Assembly: GCF_006345805.1 (NCBI RefSeq)
Contig: NC_043006.1
Span: forward strand, 85,250,001-85,314,000
Origin: Octopus sinensis
Lineage: Eukaryota
Direction of reading: 5' to 3'
Length of the DNA: 64,000 nt
Part shown: positions 12,101 to 25,396 of the stretch, in pieces
How the letters are laid out: the number at the start of each line of letters is the position of its first letter
Numbering within the stretch: the first letter of the stretch is position 1
Program-made: the position numbers and the translations under genes
The notes under the pieces: model-generated
Told to the model about the DNA's origin: nothing
The model's input: only the letters and a program-made list of their open reading frames with translations
Database searches by the model: none

Positions 12101-14378
12101 TGGTTCTCTGATCCATCTAGAAGACCAGTAACTTCAAGTAGGGACTGAGACCAAGATGACCCATCCAACACATGCAAACAAGGAAAGAGATTATGAAATG
12201 GTGACGGCAAAGAAATCACCTTTTTTTTTTTCTATCGTTCTAGTACACAGTAAATTTTACAATTGTTAAGTCACAAAGCCTAAGAACATTTCCTTTCAAA
12301 TAGAGTGAAATTGATTTGGGAATCCATATCAAGCATTTTTTTTTTTTTTTTTACATGTGTGGGTCAGGTTGAAGGTCTTTGCTTAGTATTTTAAACTTCT
12401 ATCAGTTTAATTTAGGCTTATAGAATTTCACTGTAAAAGTAACCATTAATTATAATTCATGAATGTAAGTAAATTTATCAACTCTCACTTTAGTAATGTC
12501 CAGAATCCTTTAAATTCTTTATATCTTCCATACTTAAGGGGCAGGAAATAAAATGTGTGATCTCCATTTAAATAAAGATAAAGTCACCCATTTCGTTTGG
12601 TATAAATAAAAAGTAGTAGAGGGAGGTAACTCCTTGATCAAAATACGTGTTTAAATTTAATTTCTTCAAGATCCATTACTCTGAAAAAAATCATTTATTT
12701 TGGACTATTAAATATCTATATACTTCTTGCACCAACAAATTTTATATATATATATACACACACATATATACACGTGTGTGTGTGTGCATATATATATATT
12801 ATATTCTAAATTCAATGATAAATTCTCAGTCCATCATTTATTTTTGTTAATATACCAAAATTACTTAATTACATGTTATCTACTAAAAAAAGAATATAAC
12901 TTTAGCAATTTTTTTAACATATATATATTTTTTTTAAATTCTATATAAAGTAAAAGAAATGCTGAGAGTTAATTATTGATTTGGGTGCTTGGGTTATTCT
13001 TATTTATAATGCATGCAGTCACTTCTACATTGCATGAACCTCAGGGCCTACAGGGAAGAGTTTGTGCAATTTGAGGGTTTCTTTGTTCTTCTCTTACATT
13101 TGAATTTTTGTTGTTGTTTGTTTCTATTAACTTTCATATAATGATTGCTTTATATGTTGTAAGGAATGTTTATTTGTGCTTCATGTTTCTGCATTGTGTG
13201 TATATATTCGAATAAAATAAAACTAATGTTTTTGGAGGTGAGAAGTTATTACACAGAGCAAATTTGATGTTTAGTAAAATGGAAATGCAAACCCATTATA
13301 TCACCAAAAGCATGGATCAATTTATTTCTGTATGTAGTTAGTTAATTTAGTTAATTAGCAGGTAATTAAGGTAGATAACCTTGGTGAATTAAAAATTTTT
13401 TTTTAAGAAGCTTTTTGTGGGCTTTCAAGAATTTTTATTTTATTTTATAAATTAGAAAATGAAAGATGCAAAATTAATGTAGTATATTTGCATGACTTCT
13501 ACTTAAAGCTTGTTAATCATTATATTTGCTGTTTCTGATAAAAGTTGTTGTTGTTGTTTACTTTTATATATTAAATTCTATTTCCATTTTATCAAAATAG
13601 TTTCAATGACGTTAATGGGGGAAGTTTAAAATGTTGTTCGTATGTCTTTAAGAAAGCTGAATTTTAATATTGCATGTACATTTTTGTGTTGAGGAATGGT
13701 TAATGTTTTACACTTGATCAATATTCTACCTGTGATTCTTAACCTTTTGCCTGTCCAAAGAGTTTTCATAACTTTGTTCCTAAACATCCATGCTTGTTTT
13801 AAGACTTTTAATCAATCCTCATTTCATTCAGTCTGAGTAATATAAATTTGTCCTTTCTGGTGGTTGAAAAAGAAAAAATTGGGAGTCTGTATCCAACAGT
13901 AATATATGGATGACAGGGAAATATCTCCTATGTACCAAGTATGATACACAGGACAGGCGAAGGGTTCAGAAAGATTGAGAACTATACTTGATAATCCTGT
14001 TAATGTTGGGGATTTTACAAGAGAATGTCAATTGGATTATATCAAATGGTGAACAGCTTGCTCTTTGATAATTGATCAAAAGTCTTGATACCATTCTATT
14101 TGGTATTTCTGGAATATTGTACATTAATCACTATTAAGATAGATTTCCAATTAAATATGAGAATTGTGAAGAACTTACACATTGCTTCAGTTGCTACAAA
14201 CCTTGTAATCTATATTTCATTGCTCTGAAAATACTGGGTCTTTCTTGCTGCCATGCAAAATGGCACCAATATAAGATTTAGCAATTGAAAAAAGTAGCAA
14301 GATGTTGAGATTGTCTGGTAAACTCTGTTGTATTTACTGACCCTTATGAAGAATAAAACCCTTCTAATATGAATTTAA

Positions 14379-14608
14379 CCCCTTCATTAGCATATTTCTG
14401 CTGAAATAAATATACTTTTTTCTTCTCCTTCAGCTAATTTTTAAAATAACCAAGTATATGTAGAATAACATTGTAATTATTATACTGGTGTTTGAAACAT
14501 AAATGAACAAAATTTTGATGGGAGAAAGTTTTTATTTAGATCACTTTATGGCAGTGAAATCGTAGCATAGAACCAAGAGTAGTCTCAAACAGGTTGATAT
14601 CAAGAGGG
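14379..14608. mobile_element. piggyBac-type MITE (subfamily 1)
   Basis: TTAA at 14375-78 and 14609-12; termini CCCC(T)...GAGGG. The body is shared with 24016-24524, 24901-25108 and 37731-37947. Confidence 0.7.
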
Positions 14609-15098
14609 TTAAATCAAGGACTTTATTATTAGTCACCTTGCCAACTGCTACACAACTTAATTGTAAAACTGTGAAGCTTGTTTGTCAACCAGATGGTGTG
14701 GCAAGCAAAATTTTATGGTTTGTGTAGGAGATAAAATTCTGTGGGTGTAGCAATGAAATTTCAGCTTGTGTCCTTGTAGTCTGTAGTCCCAAATAAATGC
14801 ATAAATAAATATATATTTGTTACCCTATCTCTGTCCACTATGAGGTTTATTTTCACAATTTGAATTAATTATTAAAACATTTTTGCTTAAATAAAAATTA
14901 CCTAATGTAGTTTCAATCGTTTTTGAATTTTGCAGAACAAGATCTTTAAATATCGTTCAAATAATACTCTCTAATTATGTTTTAACTGATTATTATTGCA
15001 CTATTGAGATTTGGGGTGTTGTTTGTTTTATGTAGCATGTATTGAGGTTTTTATTAACATACAATAAAATGGCAGCCACTGGTATGTAGCTTGTTACA

Positions 15099-15100
<2 letters not shown>

Positions 15101-15169
<69 letters not shown>

Positions 15170-15221
15170 AATATATTATTGTTTTCAGAAATTCTATTTT
15201 ATATATGTGTTTGTTTGTTTG

Positions 15222-15262
<41 letters not shown>
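15101..15262. repeat. (CA)n (15101-15155) and (TA)n microsatellites upstream of exon B
   Basis: Direct read; they account for the spurious N-terminus of ORF 15091..15621. Confidence 0.9.
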
Positions 15263-15270
<8 letters not shown>

Positions 15271-15384
15271 TATAGTATATGTGTGTGTACATTACACAAA
15301 TGCATGCACACACATATATATATAAATAATGCACTGCTGTCGCTGTGTTCTGATCTTGTAATATCTAAATATCTGTTTGGTCAG

Positions 15385-15574
15385 GCCCAGCAAAACAGTC
15401 TTGAATTAGCCATTAAAGAACTAGAAGCTACCACTGCTGCTCTAACGTCCCATTACGAAGAACCGACAACTAATGCTGTCACAACAACAAGCCGTACATC
15501 TCTGCAATGTTCTAGTGGATATGGAACAATGAATTCTACCCCAGCAGGTTCTGAGGATACTATAGCATCTGGAG
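15385..15574 (+). CDS. MTSS1: MTSS1/MIM-like coding exon B (AQQNSLELAIKELE...SRTSLQCSSGYGTMNSTPAGSEDTIASG)
   Basis: Acceptor gtttggtcAG (15383-84), donor GAG|GTAAGA (15575). 190 nt, phase 0/1. SRTSLQCSSGYGTMNSTPAGSEDTI matches the MTSS1 motif recalled as SRDSLQCSSGYSTQTTTPCCSEDTI. Confidence 0.93.
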
Positions 15575-16049
15575 GTAAGAGCCTAATCACCTGGTGCCTA
15601 AAACATGTCTTGTTCTTCTAATTTACTTTTGCATCTTTTGAAAAAGTTGGCATTTATTTAATGCTTCCATATTTTATATACACACGTTACTCACTTTCAA
15701 TGTGTGAGTGTGTTCTGTTCTGTTTTTCCATCTTGTTCTGTTACGACTAATGCTTTAAATCTCAGCCAAACAATAGTTTCAATGTTCATGATTGGCTCAA
15801 ATGGATTTTACTTCAAAATATCAACTGTGAATATCTGAAAATATCCAAAGGGAGCGTTTATTACAGTGGTGTGTGTGTGTGAGGGTTATTTTTAAAACCA
15901 GATGTAGGAGAAAGTATAAAAACTAGGGGAAGCACTGCCAGGTTGTCATGGGTACATTTTGTTTTGGATTTCCTGCCTTCTATGGTCAGAATGTAACACT
16001 GATAAAAATGGAAAGAAAAAGAAAAACAAAGCTTTACTAAAAAGATAAT

Positions 16050-16450
16050 GGCAGAATTGTTGGCACACCGGGCAAAGTGCTTAGCGACATTTATCTGTTT
16101 TTACATTCCGAGTTCAAATTTCACTGAGGTTGACTTTGCTTTTCATCCTTTCAGAGTCAATGAAACAAGTACCGGTTTTATGTACTGGGGTCAATGAAAT
16201 CAACTAGTCCCCTCTCCAAGAAATTTCAGGCCTTGTGCCTAGTAGAAAGGATTATTATTATTATAACATCAGGCAAAATGCTTTGCAACATTTCTTCTGG
16301 TTCTTAACATTCTGAGTTTAGATGCCTGCAAGGTGTACTTTTTTCATCCTTTCGGGGTTCATAAAATGAAGTACCAGTCAAGTATTTGGATCAATATAAT
16401 TAACTTCCTGCTTCTCAAAATTGCTGGCCTTGTGCTAAAATTGGAAAGAT
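16050..16450 (+). mobile_element. Two tandem SINE family A copies
   Basis: ggcagaattgttggcacaccgggc...gagttcaaatt...ctttcatcctttc; a second core follows at about 16270. Confidence 0.75.
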
Positions 16451-16904
16451 TTTCTTTTTATAAGCTTTCTTGTTTACCTGTATTAGTCCCTCCCTTTGAT
16501 GAGAACTCATGAACTCAATGGTGGCAAAGTGGTAGAGAGAGAGAGGCAGTAGAGCATCAGTCAGAATCCTTTGTGGTATTGTAGTATTTGTTCCAACTTG
16601 CTACCGTTTGAGCTCATCCTGCTGAGGCCAACTTCACCTTTCATCCTTATGAAGTCAATTAAAAAAATACCAATCCAAGGTGATAGATTAGAGGAACTGT
16701 ATGGGTGCTTTGTGGTATTTATTCCAGCTCTTTGTGTTCTGAGTTCAAATCCTCCCATGGCCTACTCAGGTGATAGGCTTAACCTGGTATCCTGGTTAGC
16801 CCCACTACTTGGCATTTTGGCTACCTTTAGTGAAGTTCACTCTGTTGGAAGCATTTAGGCCAGGTTTCCAATTTGAGATGGGGAATTGCAGACTAATTTG
16901 TAAT

Positions 16905-17172
16905 TTTTATCCAGTCCACACTGTAAAGTGGTTGGTGTTTGGAAGGGCATCCAACTGTAAAAACCTTGCCAAGACTGACCTCACCTGTGCTGGTGCCATG
17001 TAAAAAGCACTCCGTCCACTCTGCTGGGTGGTTGGTATTAGGAAGGACATCTAGCTGTAAAAATCTTGCCAAAACAGACACAGAAGTCTGGTGCAGGCTC
17101 CTGCTTGGCCTGCTCCTGTCAAACCATCCCACCCATGCCAGCATGGAAGACGGACGTTAAACGATGATGATG
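16905..17172 (+). mobile_element. RTE-tail SINE-like element (family D) with internal duplication
   Basis: gtggttgg...ggaagggcatccagctgtaaaa..cttgcca occurs twice; ends cccatgccagcatggaagacggacgttaaacgatgatgatga. Confidence 0.75.
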
Positions 17173-17769
17173 ACACAAATACTGTAATATTTTAGCAAGA
17201 CTTCAGCCTCACCAACTCACCAGTCAAATATTATTTTCCTAGAAAATGCTACAATTTCAGTTTGTCATTTAGTTTAAACAATTGTGAGATCAAAGTGCTA
17301 ACAGATTTGGAGATGAATTTTTTTTAAATCCATTTTACTTGTTATCTAACCTTTTTAGGTTATTTTTATGTGGGGACAAAAATCATAGTTGATTTGTTGA
17401 AGCTAACTCCATTTTCAAACACCAAACCAAACTACTAACTAAAAAAAAAACACTTGAGCAGCTGCTTCAGCAGTTCCATGTAGTTTCTTAAGTCCCTCCC
17501 TCATTAAATTTCATACCATAATTAACCTTTTAGATACAACTAATTAGTGTTTGAGCCAAGTAGGCAAAAAATAAAAACTAATATTTTAAATTGAATTTTT
17601 TTTTTTTTTTAAAGTAAACATGGCAATCAGAATCACACCTTTCTCACAACAAATTTCACATCAAATTTAATCCTTTAGATACGTTAATTAGCATTTGAGT
17701 GTGTCACCCAGGGGAGCAAGTAAGCAGGCCAAATTATTGAAAATTAATATTTTAAATTCTCTTCTTTGG

Positions 17770-18172
17770 TTGTGTAGTTAAGAAGTTTGCTTTGCAACCA
17801 TGTGGTTTTAGGTTCAGTCCTACTGCATGGCACCTTGAGCAAGTGTCTTCTACTATTCTACTATAGCCCCAAGCCGACCAATGCCTTGTGTGTGAATTTG
17901 GTAGATGGAAACTGTGTGGAAGCTCATCATGTATATATATGTGTGTGTGTATCTTTGTGTTTGTCCCTCATACACACGCACACACTGTTTGGAAACTGAT
18001 GTTGATTTGTTTACATCCCTATGACTTAGCAGTTCAGCATAAGAGACTGATAGAATAAGTACTTGACTTAAAAATAAGTACTGGTATCAATTTGTTCGAC
18101 TAAACACTTCAAGACGGTGACCTTGCATTGCTACAGTCCAATGACTTAAACAAGTAAAAGATAACAGATGTA
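17770..18172 (+). mobile_element. SINE family B copy
   Basis: ggcaccttgagcaagtgtcttctact...gccttgtgtgtgaatttggtagatggaaactg...aaacaagtaaaagat. Confidence 0.85.
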
Positions 18173-18357
18173 CATAGATAAGCATACAAACACTTGGATG
18201 ACCAAATGAGAGAAAAAGCACTCAATACATGTAGAATTTATTAATTTGAAGCTGATCATTCGTCATTCCATCAATACTTAAGTTGCTCACATGAAACTCT
18301 GAGTTGTGAGGAGCAGATCAGCAGCTGTGAACAAGAGTATATATTTTGTCTTCAAAA

Positions 18358-18906
18358 TCAAAATCAAATTTGATGACTGGTGCTAGCGGGGTGCAAAGAG
18401 CACCATACGAGTGTGATCATTGACAGAGTGGCTAACCAGCTTCTGTGCCAGTGGCACCTAAAAGGCACCATTCAAGTGTGATCGTTACCATCTTCACCTT
18501 ACTGGCACTTGTGCCCATGCTAGTAGGGTGCTAAGAGCACCATCCGAGCGTGATCGTTGCCAGAGCAGCCAACTGGCTTCCATGCCGGTAGTACATAAAA
18601 GGCACCATTCGAGCATGATAGTTACCAGTATCGCCTTACTGGCACCTGTGCTGGTGACATGTGTAAAAAGATTCAAGCAAGGTCGTTACCAGTACCACCT
18701 GACTGGCCCCCGTGCCGGTGGCACATAAAAGCACCCACTACACTCTCAGAGTGGTTGGCATTAGGAAAGGCATCCAGCTGTAGAAACTCTGCCAGATCAA
18801 AATTGAAGCCTGGTGCAGCTATCAGGTTCGCCAAACCTCTGTCAAAATCGTCCAACCCATGCTAGCATGGAAAGCAGACGTTAAACGATGATGAGGATGA
18901 TGATGA
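18358..18906 (+). mobile_element. Long RTE-tail element (family D) with ~130-bp internal tandem repeats and (GAT)n tail
   Basis: gagcaccat.cgag.gtgatc.ttg.cagag repeated; 3' end catggaaagcagacgttaaacgatgatgaggatgatgatg. Confidence 0.8.
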
Positions 18907-19460
18907 CAGTACTTTAAAAATACAGACTGTTATTTAAGTTTCATGTAAGACTATAGAATAAACTCTCAGGCACTTCAAACATGCATGGGTATTCAGTCAT
19001 TAGATATTTTCTGTTAAATGAACACTCATGTGTTGGAACTGACTGATATAGTTTCAACTAAGGGGTTAACCTGAAACTTAAGTAACATCCTGCATTTCAT
19101 AAGCACCATACAAAAATATAGTTAATTCTACCATCAGTATTGAAATTGAATTCTCTCTGCTTGACAAACCATATGTGTGCGTATACACACACATGTATGT
19201 GTGTACACACTCACAGGTACAACACTGATTTTCCAGAATCTTTGGTTCCTAAGTCTTTCCAGATTACTAATTTTTCTGACTCAGGGGTCAACTTGGCCAA
19301 CACACTCTAAATTAAATCTGAATATGAAGTTTCTGCTCATAAATTAGTGCAGATTATAAGTGGTTCCAGACCACCAGTGTCTGGAAAGTCAGTATGGTGT
19401 ATATATGTGTGGTGTGTGTGTGTGTGTGTGCATACACATACTTGCTGCTGAGACATATTT

Positions 19461-19848
19461 ATATATATAAAGCTGAATTTGTCTGTGTGTGGCAGGTTTG
19501 GTAGCCTTCAACTAACACTATCTCCTCCGAGACCCTGCGGTGCAAGTTGACCAAAATTGAGAGTATGATAGAAAAAGGCTTGTTCTTCATTCCGTAGAAG
19601 ATAAAATTCAAATCGGGCCATGTTAAGACCAAAAATTATTTACATCAAAAAGGTGCTTTTTTTTCTATGAAAATCCCTATTTTTTATGATTTTTTTGACT
19701 GCTGTGTTGCCATTTTTCGGTGTATTTCAACCAGAAAAATGTTCACTTAAAGAGAATAACAAGCTGCATAATGCAAAATTTACTTTTCAAAAATTCCAAT
19801 TCTAAAGGGTTGAAACAAACCCGAGCAACGCAGCGCAATACTGCTAGT
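19461..19848 (+). mobile_element. Non-autonomous Helitron-like element
   Basis: Starts tatatataaagctgaa..tgtctgtgtgtg; ends with an imperfect GC hairpin (cccgagcaacgcagcg) followed by CTAG|T (19844-19848). Confidence 0.55.
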
Positions 19849-21118
19849 TTAATTATACTTCTGACTTGAATCCAACTGACAGTAATAACCTCTTCCTTGT
19901 TGAATATCAAAACACAAATTGGACTTTTAAATAAATAATTTAAAATTTATTTTAAAAAAACTAAATGGGGACAAAATGATTTTTCCTCCCTCTATCCCCA
20001 TTTCAAGAAGAGAGAACAAATAAAATGTCACCTATACTTATTATCACGGGGTGTAGTATTCCTTTTATTTAGTCTTTCATTTACTTCATTGCATTATTGC
20101 TGCCATTTTAACTTTCATCTCTTAGCTTACATTTGTTGTCTCTGTCACAATATTTTGTGTATATTATCCATACAGATTCAGTATCACTGACAGCTCAGGT
20201 TGCTAACGGTAAGATTTTCACTTGCTTCCAAAACATCATCTAACTTTTCATTATTTCCTTAGCTCATTTTCATACCATAAAATCCTTTTTCTATTTTTTC
20301 AATATAATATCCAAACTTTAGATTTTTTTCTACCTCTTTTTTCTTCTCGTACTTTCTGGCATTGAACAGCTTATAATATTAACCTATTTTTCTTTCTTTT
20401 TTTTTTTACATCGCAGAAAATGCATGCTTTGTTTTTTCAAAAATAATTTTTTTGAATATTAATAATAATTATAATTGTTACCTTTTTTTTTTCTAGCTTG
20501 CACGTCTATTTTAACCTCGCTTGGTTTAACTTTTGCTGCTGCTGCTCTGTTGCATGGCTATGTTGTCTCAGACTATTCAGTTGCTGCAATATTGCTTGGG
20601 TTCTGTGATTTCTTTCTCATTGCCCTTCATTGAAATATTTACATTCGTTTACTGCAACAAATCAAAGCTAACTAATGATTGATCTCAGTTCTAGTCATCA
20701 AACTGTATGGAGGAGCAGACATATTATTACCTTTGTCCTTTTCTCTTTATCAAACCATGGAAGTTGCCTATACTTTATCCTTTGTTATCATCATCATCAC
20801 CACCATCATCAGAAATAGAAACGAAAATATAAGTTTCAGAAGTTAGTATTGATGGCTCCTCTAGTGTCAGATCTACCGATGTGTTTGAAACTATTGTGCC
20901 TGATTTTATTTTCTGGATGTACCTGTTGATTTTTCTCCTCTGAGGTATTCTCCATACCAGTTATACTCCTGTGCAATCTCTATAAACTTTCAAGTTATCA
21001 TACTGTCATTTGCTCATGCTGTCTGTCTATGTCTATCGCACATGCTAAACCATGTTATTTCAAATATGGTTTCTAACAAAAGCATCTTCTTTGGGGTATT
21101 TTATACAATATCATTGAA

Positions 21119-21510
21119 GTGGCTGTGTGGTAAGTAGCTTGCTTACAAACCACATGGTTCTGGGTTCAGTCCCACTGTGTGGCACCTTGGGCAAGTGTCT
21201 TCTACTATAACCTCAGGCCAACCAAAGCCTTGTGAGTGGATTTGGTAGACGGAAACTGAAAGAAGCCTGTCGTATATATGTATATATATATGTATGTGTG
21301 TGTTTGTGTGTCTGTTTTTGTCACCCCCAACATCGCTTGACAACCGATGCTGGTGTGTTTACGTCCCCATAACTTAGCAGTTCGGCAAAAGAGACTGATA
21401 GAATAAGTACTAGGCTTACAAAGAGTAAGTCCTGGGGTTGATTTGCTCGACTAAAGGCGGTGCTCTAGCATGGCCACAGTCAAATGACTGAAACAAGTAA
21501 GAGTAAGAGT
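21119..21510 (+). mobile_element. SINE family B (CORE-like), near full length
   Basis: tRNA-like head gtggctgtgtggtaag...ggttcagtccc; core ggcaccttgggcaagtgtcttctactata resembling the CORE domain; internal TA/TG microsatellite; tail gaaacaagtaagagtaagagt. Confidence 0.9.
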
Positions 21511-21859
21511 ATCCTTTAACACGGTATATCATCTTTACAGGCTAGACATTGATTTGAACTTGCTTGTCTAATTGAAAGTCAATTACTAATGAATTCTTCT
21601 TCAATGCATTTATAATAAATAGTTTTACGATAAAACATTGGGTTTGAGGCTCATCAACACACATCAAAAACTATCAATGAAATAGATTATTTTAGTGAAC
21701 TTTTCTAGTTTATGAATTTCTTAAAAATGAAATCTTGGCAACAATATTTAATGTGCAAGATGTTTTCATATCAGTACTATTATTAACATAGTTTTCTCAA
21801 CAACATCTTTCTAACTCAGAGTTTATAATACATATATATATAGACATACACAAACACAT

Positions 21860-21870
21860 TATGTATATAC

Positions 21871-21904
<34 letters not shown>

Positions 21905-21915
21905 ATGTGTCTATG

Positions 21916-21950
<35 letters not shown>

Positions 21951-22015
21951 ATGTATATATGTATGTATATATATGTGTGTTGTATATATATATATACATA
22001 TACACATACATAATA
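21860..22015. repeat. Compound (TG)n/(TA)n microsatellite
   Basis: Direct read. Confidence 0.9.
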
Positions 22016-22034
22016 TATTATCATCACAAACAGT

Positions 22035-22330
22035 TTATACTATATTTTCATGGACAAACTTTTGCAACTACTCTTTCGCTATTTCTTTCCATGGTTATGC
22101 CTGTTGTTAATCAAAATTATCCAAGACCAATCCAAACCTTTTCCTGATTAGTTTGCATTAATCCTTATTCTTGTGGTCATGTTTTTATTCTAGGTTTCCA
22201 CTGTCCATTCTGATCACATATCTGTACTAGCAGAGCTAGTTTTGCTAGAACTTAATTCTCCCATCCACATTTTGTCTGAAAATATCAATTCCCACACAGT
22301 GTATACCAAAATCATTTTATCCATCTTCCT
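22035..22330 (-). mobile_element. Highly decayed RTE-like LINE 3' fragment
   Basis: Interrupted minus-strand peptides YVIRMDSG, QWKPRIKT*PQ and WKEIAKE resemble the RTE C-terminal GHVxRM / WxP..R.GRP / WxxxAxDR motifs. Confidence 0.3.
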
Positions 22331-24015
22331 CACAATCGTATAATTTCGTATATATTTCTTTCTTCCAACATTAATCATCCAGTTTTTTGGGGTTTTTTTT
22401 TTTAACTCATTTAGAGATCAATCATTAAAATGGCATCCAATGAAACATACCAGGAATATTCGGTATTACCAAAATCAAATCAAAGAATCTTTTTTTTTTT
22501 CTCTCAGTTTAGATCTAGGAAGTATGTCAGCTGTTAGCGTGACTGTATTTCATTTTACAGTAATGCTCTTATGTTTTATAATGGTCTCTTGTCTCTAAAT
22601 GCTGGCATCTGAAGTGATATACAACAGAAAGCCATCCACTTGATTACTGGAGGCAAAAAAAAAAAAAAAGAAATTGGTTCCCTGATTCATCATCATACAA
22701 CACCTCTTTTCTGCGTCTTCCAGGACACATTTCGTTCTTCAGAACTTGGCTTCATTCCTCTCTTCAACTCAGAATGAACTCACCTGTTGCACTATCACCT
22801 GCTTCTATCTTTCTTTCTGTCTTTACTCTGTTTCTTCCACTAATAGTTCTATACAGTCCTTCATTTCAAAGACTTATTCAATAGAATCCTCTTCTCTACA
22901 ATCTGTTTTCACAACACTTTAACCTCCAGCTTTACAAGCTTTACATTAACTGCAGCAATTGATTTCTTTCTTCAACTGAGAGAATTGGTTCTAATCCAAG
23001 AGAATTTGAGCCATGCTTTTTTTTTTTATTTCTTTCTTGGAAGAGGGAAATATGAAAAATTCAGGTGAGACTTTCAAGTCTATGTTGGATTATATATAAA
23101 ATAAACCTAATTTCATTTCTCACTATCTCAGATTATTTGATGGCATTCATTGTCTACACTAATTAAATACTAAATTTTCAACATCCAACAAACTTTGATT
23201 TATTATTTTATTCAATGTAAACACATACTGACCCTAATCCTAATGAATGAGTTAATCAGTTTATATGTTCATTTATTTTTCTTACTTTATCTTTGACACT
23301 AAGTATCTTAACCATGTTCAAATTTATTTACTATGAAGAATTTAACTTGTAAAATCCTGTTTAAAATTTTTAAAGTCAAAAAATGCTCCTGTTCTGTAAT
23401 GATTCCAGTACAGAACAGAAATAAATGATAGAGGAGGAGATTAGATTGTTCCGTTTTATTAGAATGTTCCTTGTTTCTTTCAAAATGAATGTAAACAAAG
23501 TTAGTACATTTATTTTGATATGCATTTCGGAACTGGCTGACCAATGCAGTTTGTTGCAGTACTGTTCTGAACAGGAAGTTAAAGAGTTAATATAAAAAAA
23601 GGTGGGGTCCAACTTGGGAGTAGCATTATATTCAGGTGAAATAGAGAGATAGATAGACAGACAGACAAATCTGAGAAAATGAAGATACCAAAAGGCAAAA
23701 TATTTAACAATTGATGCATACGCTTCAATACCTGCAGTTATGAGACACTGTATGTACAGCAAAGACATCAAACAGCAGTTGTTAATTTTGTTTGCTCTGC
23801 TGTTGTTATGTAATTGTACATACTATTGTTTAAAAGTGATTTGATTTGACCCATTTAATACCATCCTACTTGAGTCTGCTCCTGGTTCCGTGATACAAAT
23901 TTCCTGTTTTTAAAGTAACCTAAATCAAACCCTTCTATCAAAATTTCGTGTCAGCTGATGTTCTAAATGCCAGTCTTGGCATCTGTTTTAGCTTAGTTTC
24001 TTTTTCCATGTTTAA

Positions 24016-24524
24016 CCCCTTTTGTTACCAAATTCCTGTTGAAATACTCTGCCTTCATTTCACACATGGTTCAGTGGTTAAAGCATCGGGCTGGCAATCA
24101 CGAGGTAGTGAGTTCAATTCCTGGACCGGGCTACGTGTTGTGATCTTGAGCAAGACACTTTATTTCATGTTGCTCCAGTTCACTCTGTTGTAGGAATGAG
24201 TTGTGACATCACAGGTGCCAAGCTATATTGGCCTTTATCTTTTCCTTTGGATAACATCAGTGGTGTGGAGAGGGGAGACTGATATACATGGGTGACTGCT
24301 AGTCTTCCTTAAACAACCTTGCCCAGACTTGTACCTCAGGGGGTAACTTTCTAAGTGCAATCCCATGGTCATTCATGACCAAAAGAGCCTTTATTTCAAT
24401 TAATTTCAAAAATAATCAAGAATTTAGTAAAATAACTTGTGATCCTTAAACTGTTTATGTGAAATTTTGAAAGAAGGTTTGGTTTAGATAACTTTAAAGC
24501 AGACAGAGATAGGTATCAAAAGGG
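24016..24524. mobile_element. piggyBac-type MITE interrupted by a family C SINE (about 24060-24395)
   Basis: TTAA 24012-15 and 24525-28; termini CCCCTTTTG...CAAAAGGG; the MITE body resumes at about 24400. Confidence 0.65.
24063..24392 (+). mobile_element. tRNA-derived SINE family C, full length
   Basis: Head catggttcagtggtta...gagttcaattcctggacc; core ttgagcaagacactttatttcatgttgctccagttcactc. A reverse copy lies at 50705-51034. Confidence 0.85.
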
Positions 24525-24900
24525 TTAATGTGTTTCAAAATCTGCAGCAATGTTATATTGGTGTCTTAAAAGATAACTATAGCTGTCTTATAAGTCACAT
24601 TAAATAAGTAGTTAAAATGCTGCTGGGTATGTTGCATTATATTCAAGATTGCATTGTACGCTAATAAATACAGTTTTATGGCTAATGACTAGTAACACTA
24701 GGAAGGGGCTAAATGATACTTTTTCATTAGGACTATGATAAGGCTTCCTCTGACACTGAACAATAGTGTATAGATGCAAATTTGTGCCTTGGTGATTGTG
24801 AGAATTGTGTGTTTGTGTACATGTGTTTTTGATGGTATGGTATGAGTCGAGAAGCAGATGAAAGCTTACACAATATAAACTCCCTGGTGTGATTTCTTAA

Positions 24901-25108
24901 CCCTTTCGTTTACAAACCCGGCTCTGTAGTACAAATGTCTTGTTTTCAAAAGTTCTGAATTTAAAATCTTCCACCAAACCTTAGTCACAATGTATGTTCC
25001 TAACACTAGCTGAATGATAACTAAGTTATTTTACTAAATTCTTTGTTATATTTTAAAGTAATTGAAAGAAACACAGAGCATCTCAACAGAAATACAGTAA
25101 CGAAAGGG
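24901..25108. mobile_element. piggyBac-type MITE, opposite orientation
   Basis: TTAA 24897-900 and 25109-12; perfect 10-bp TIR CCCTTTCGTT / AACGAAAGGG. Confidence 0.8.
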
Positions 25109-25396
25109 TTAATGAGAAATGTATTTAAATATAGCTGTACGTGTGTGTCTGTATATGTATGTGCGATATATTTCTTATTGGGTGCATTTTCCACACTCAC
25201 ACACACACACATGATGCTGATGGCTGTCCAGTTGTGACCAAGGAAGACCATCACTGACCATTGACTATACAAAATGCCAGCAGTGCCCATGCATGATGTT
25301 AATGCACCTGCAGTCAGCTTCACCTGGGTTTGCATCTGCAACTTCCATGCACACCACAGTGCCCTCTACTTCACTGAGCATGGTATTGTTACTTCA

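Noticed and set aside
20500-21110. Possible decayed reverse-transcriptase fragment on the minus strand (LVSFDLLQ*TN; EEKINRYIQKIKSG)
   Set aside because: The motifs are too short and interrupted to assign without a search.
23376-23771. 131-aa minus-strand ORF
   Set aside because: No recognisable domain, it includes a (GATA/GACA)n run, and there is no splice-consistent partner.
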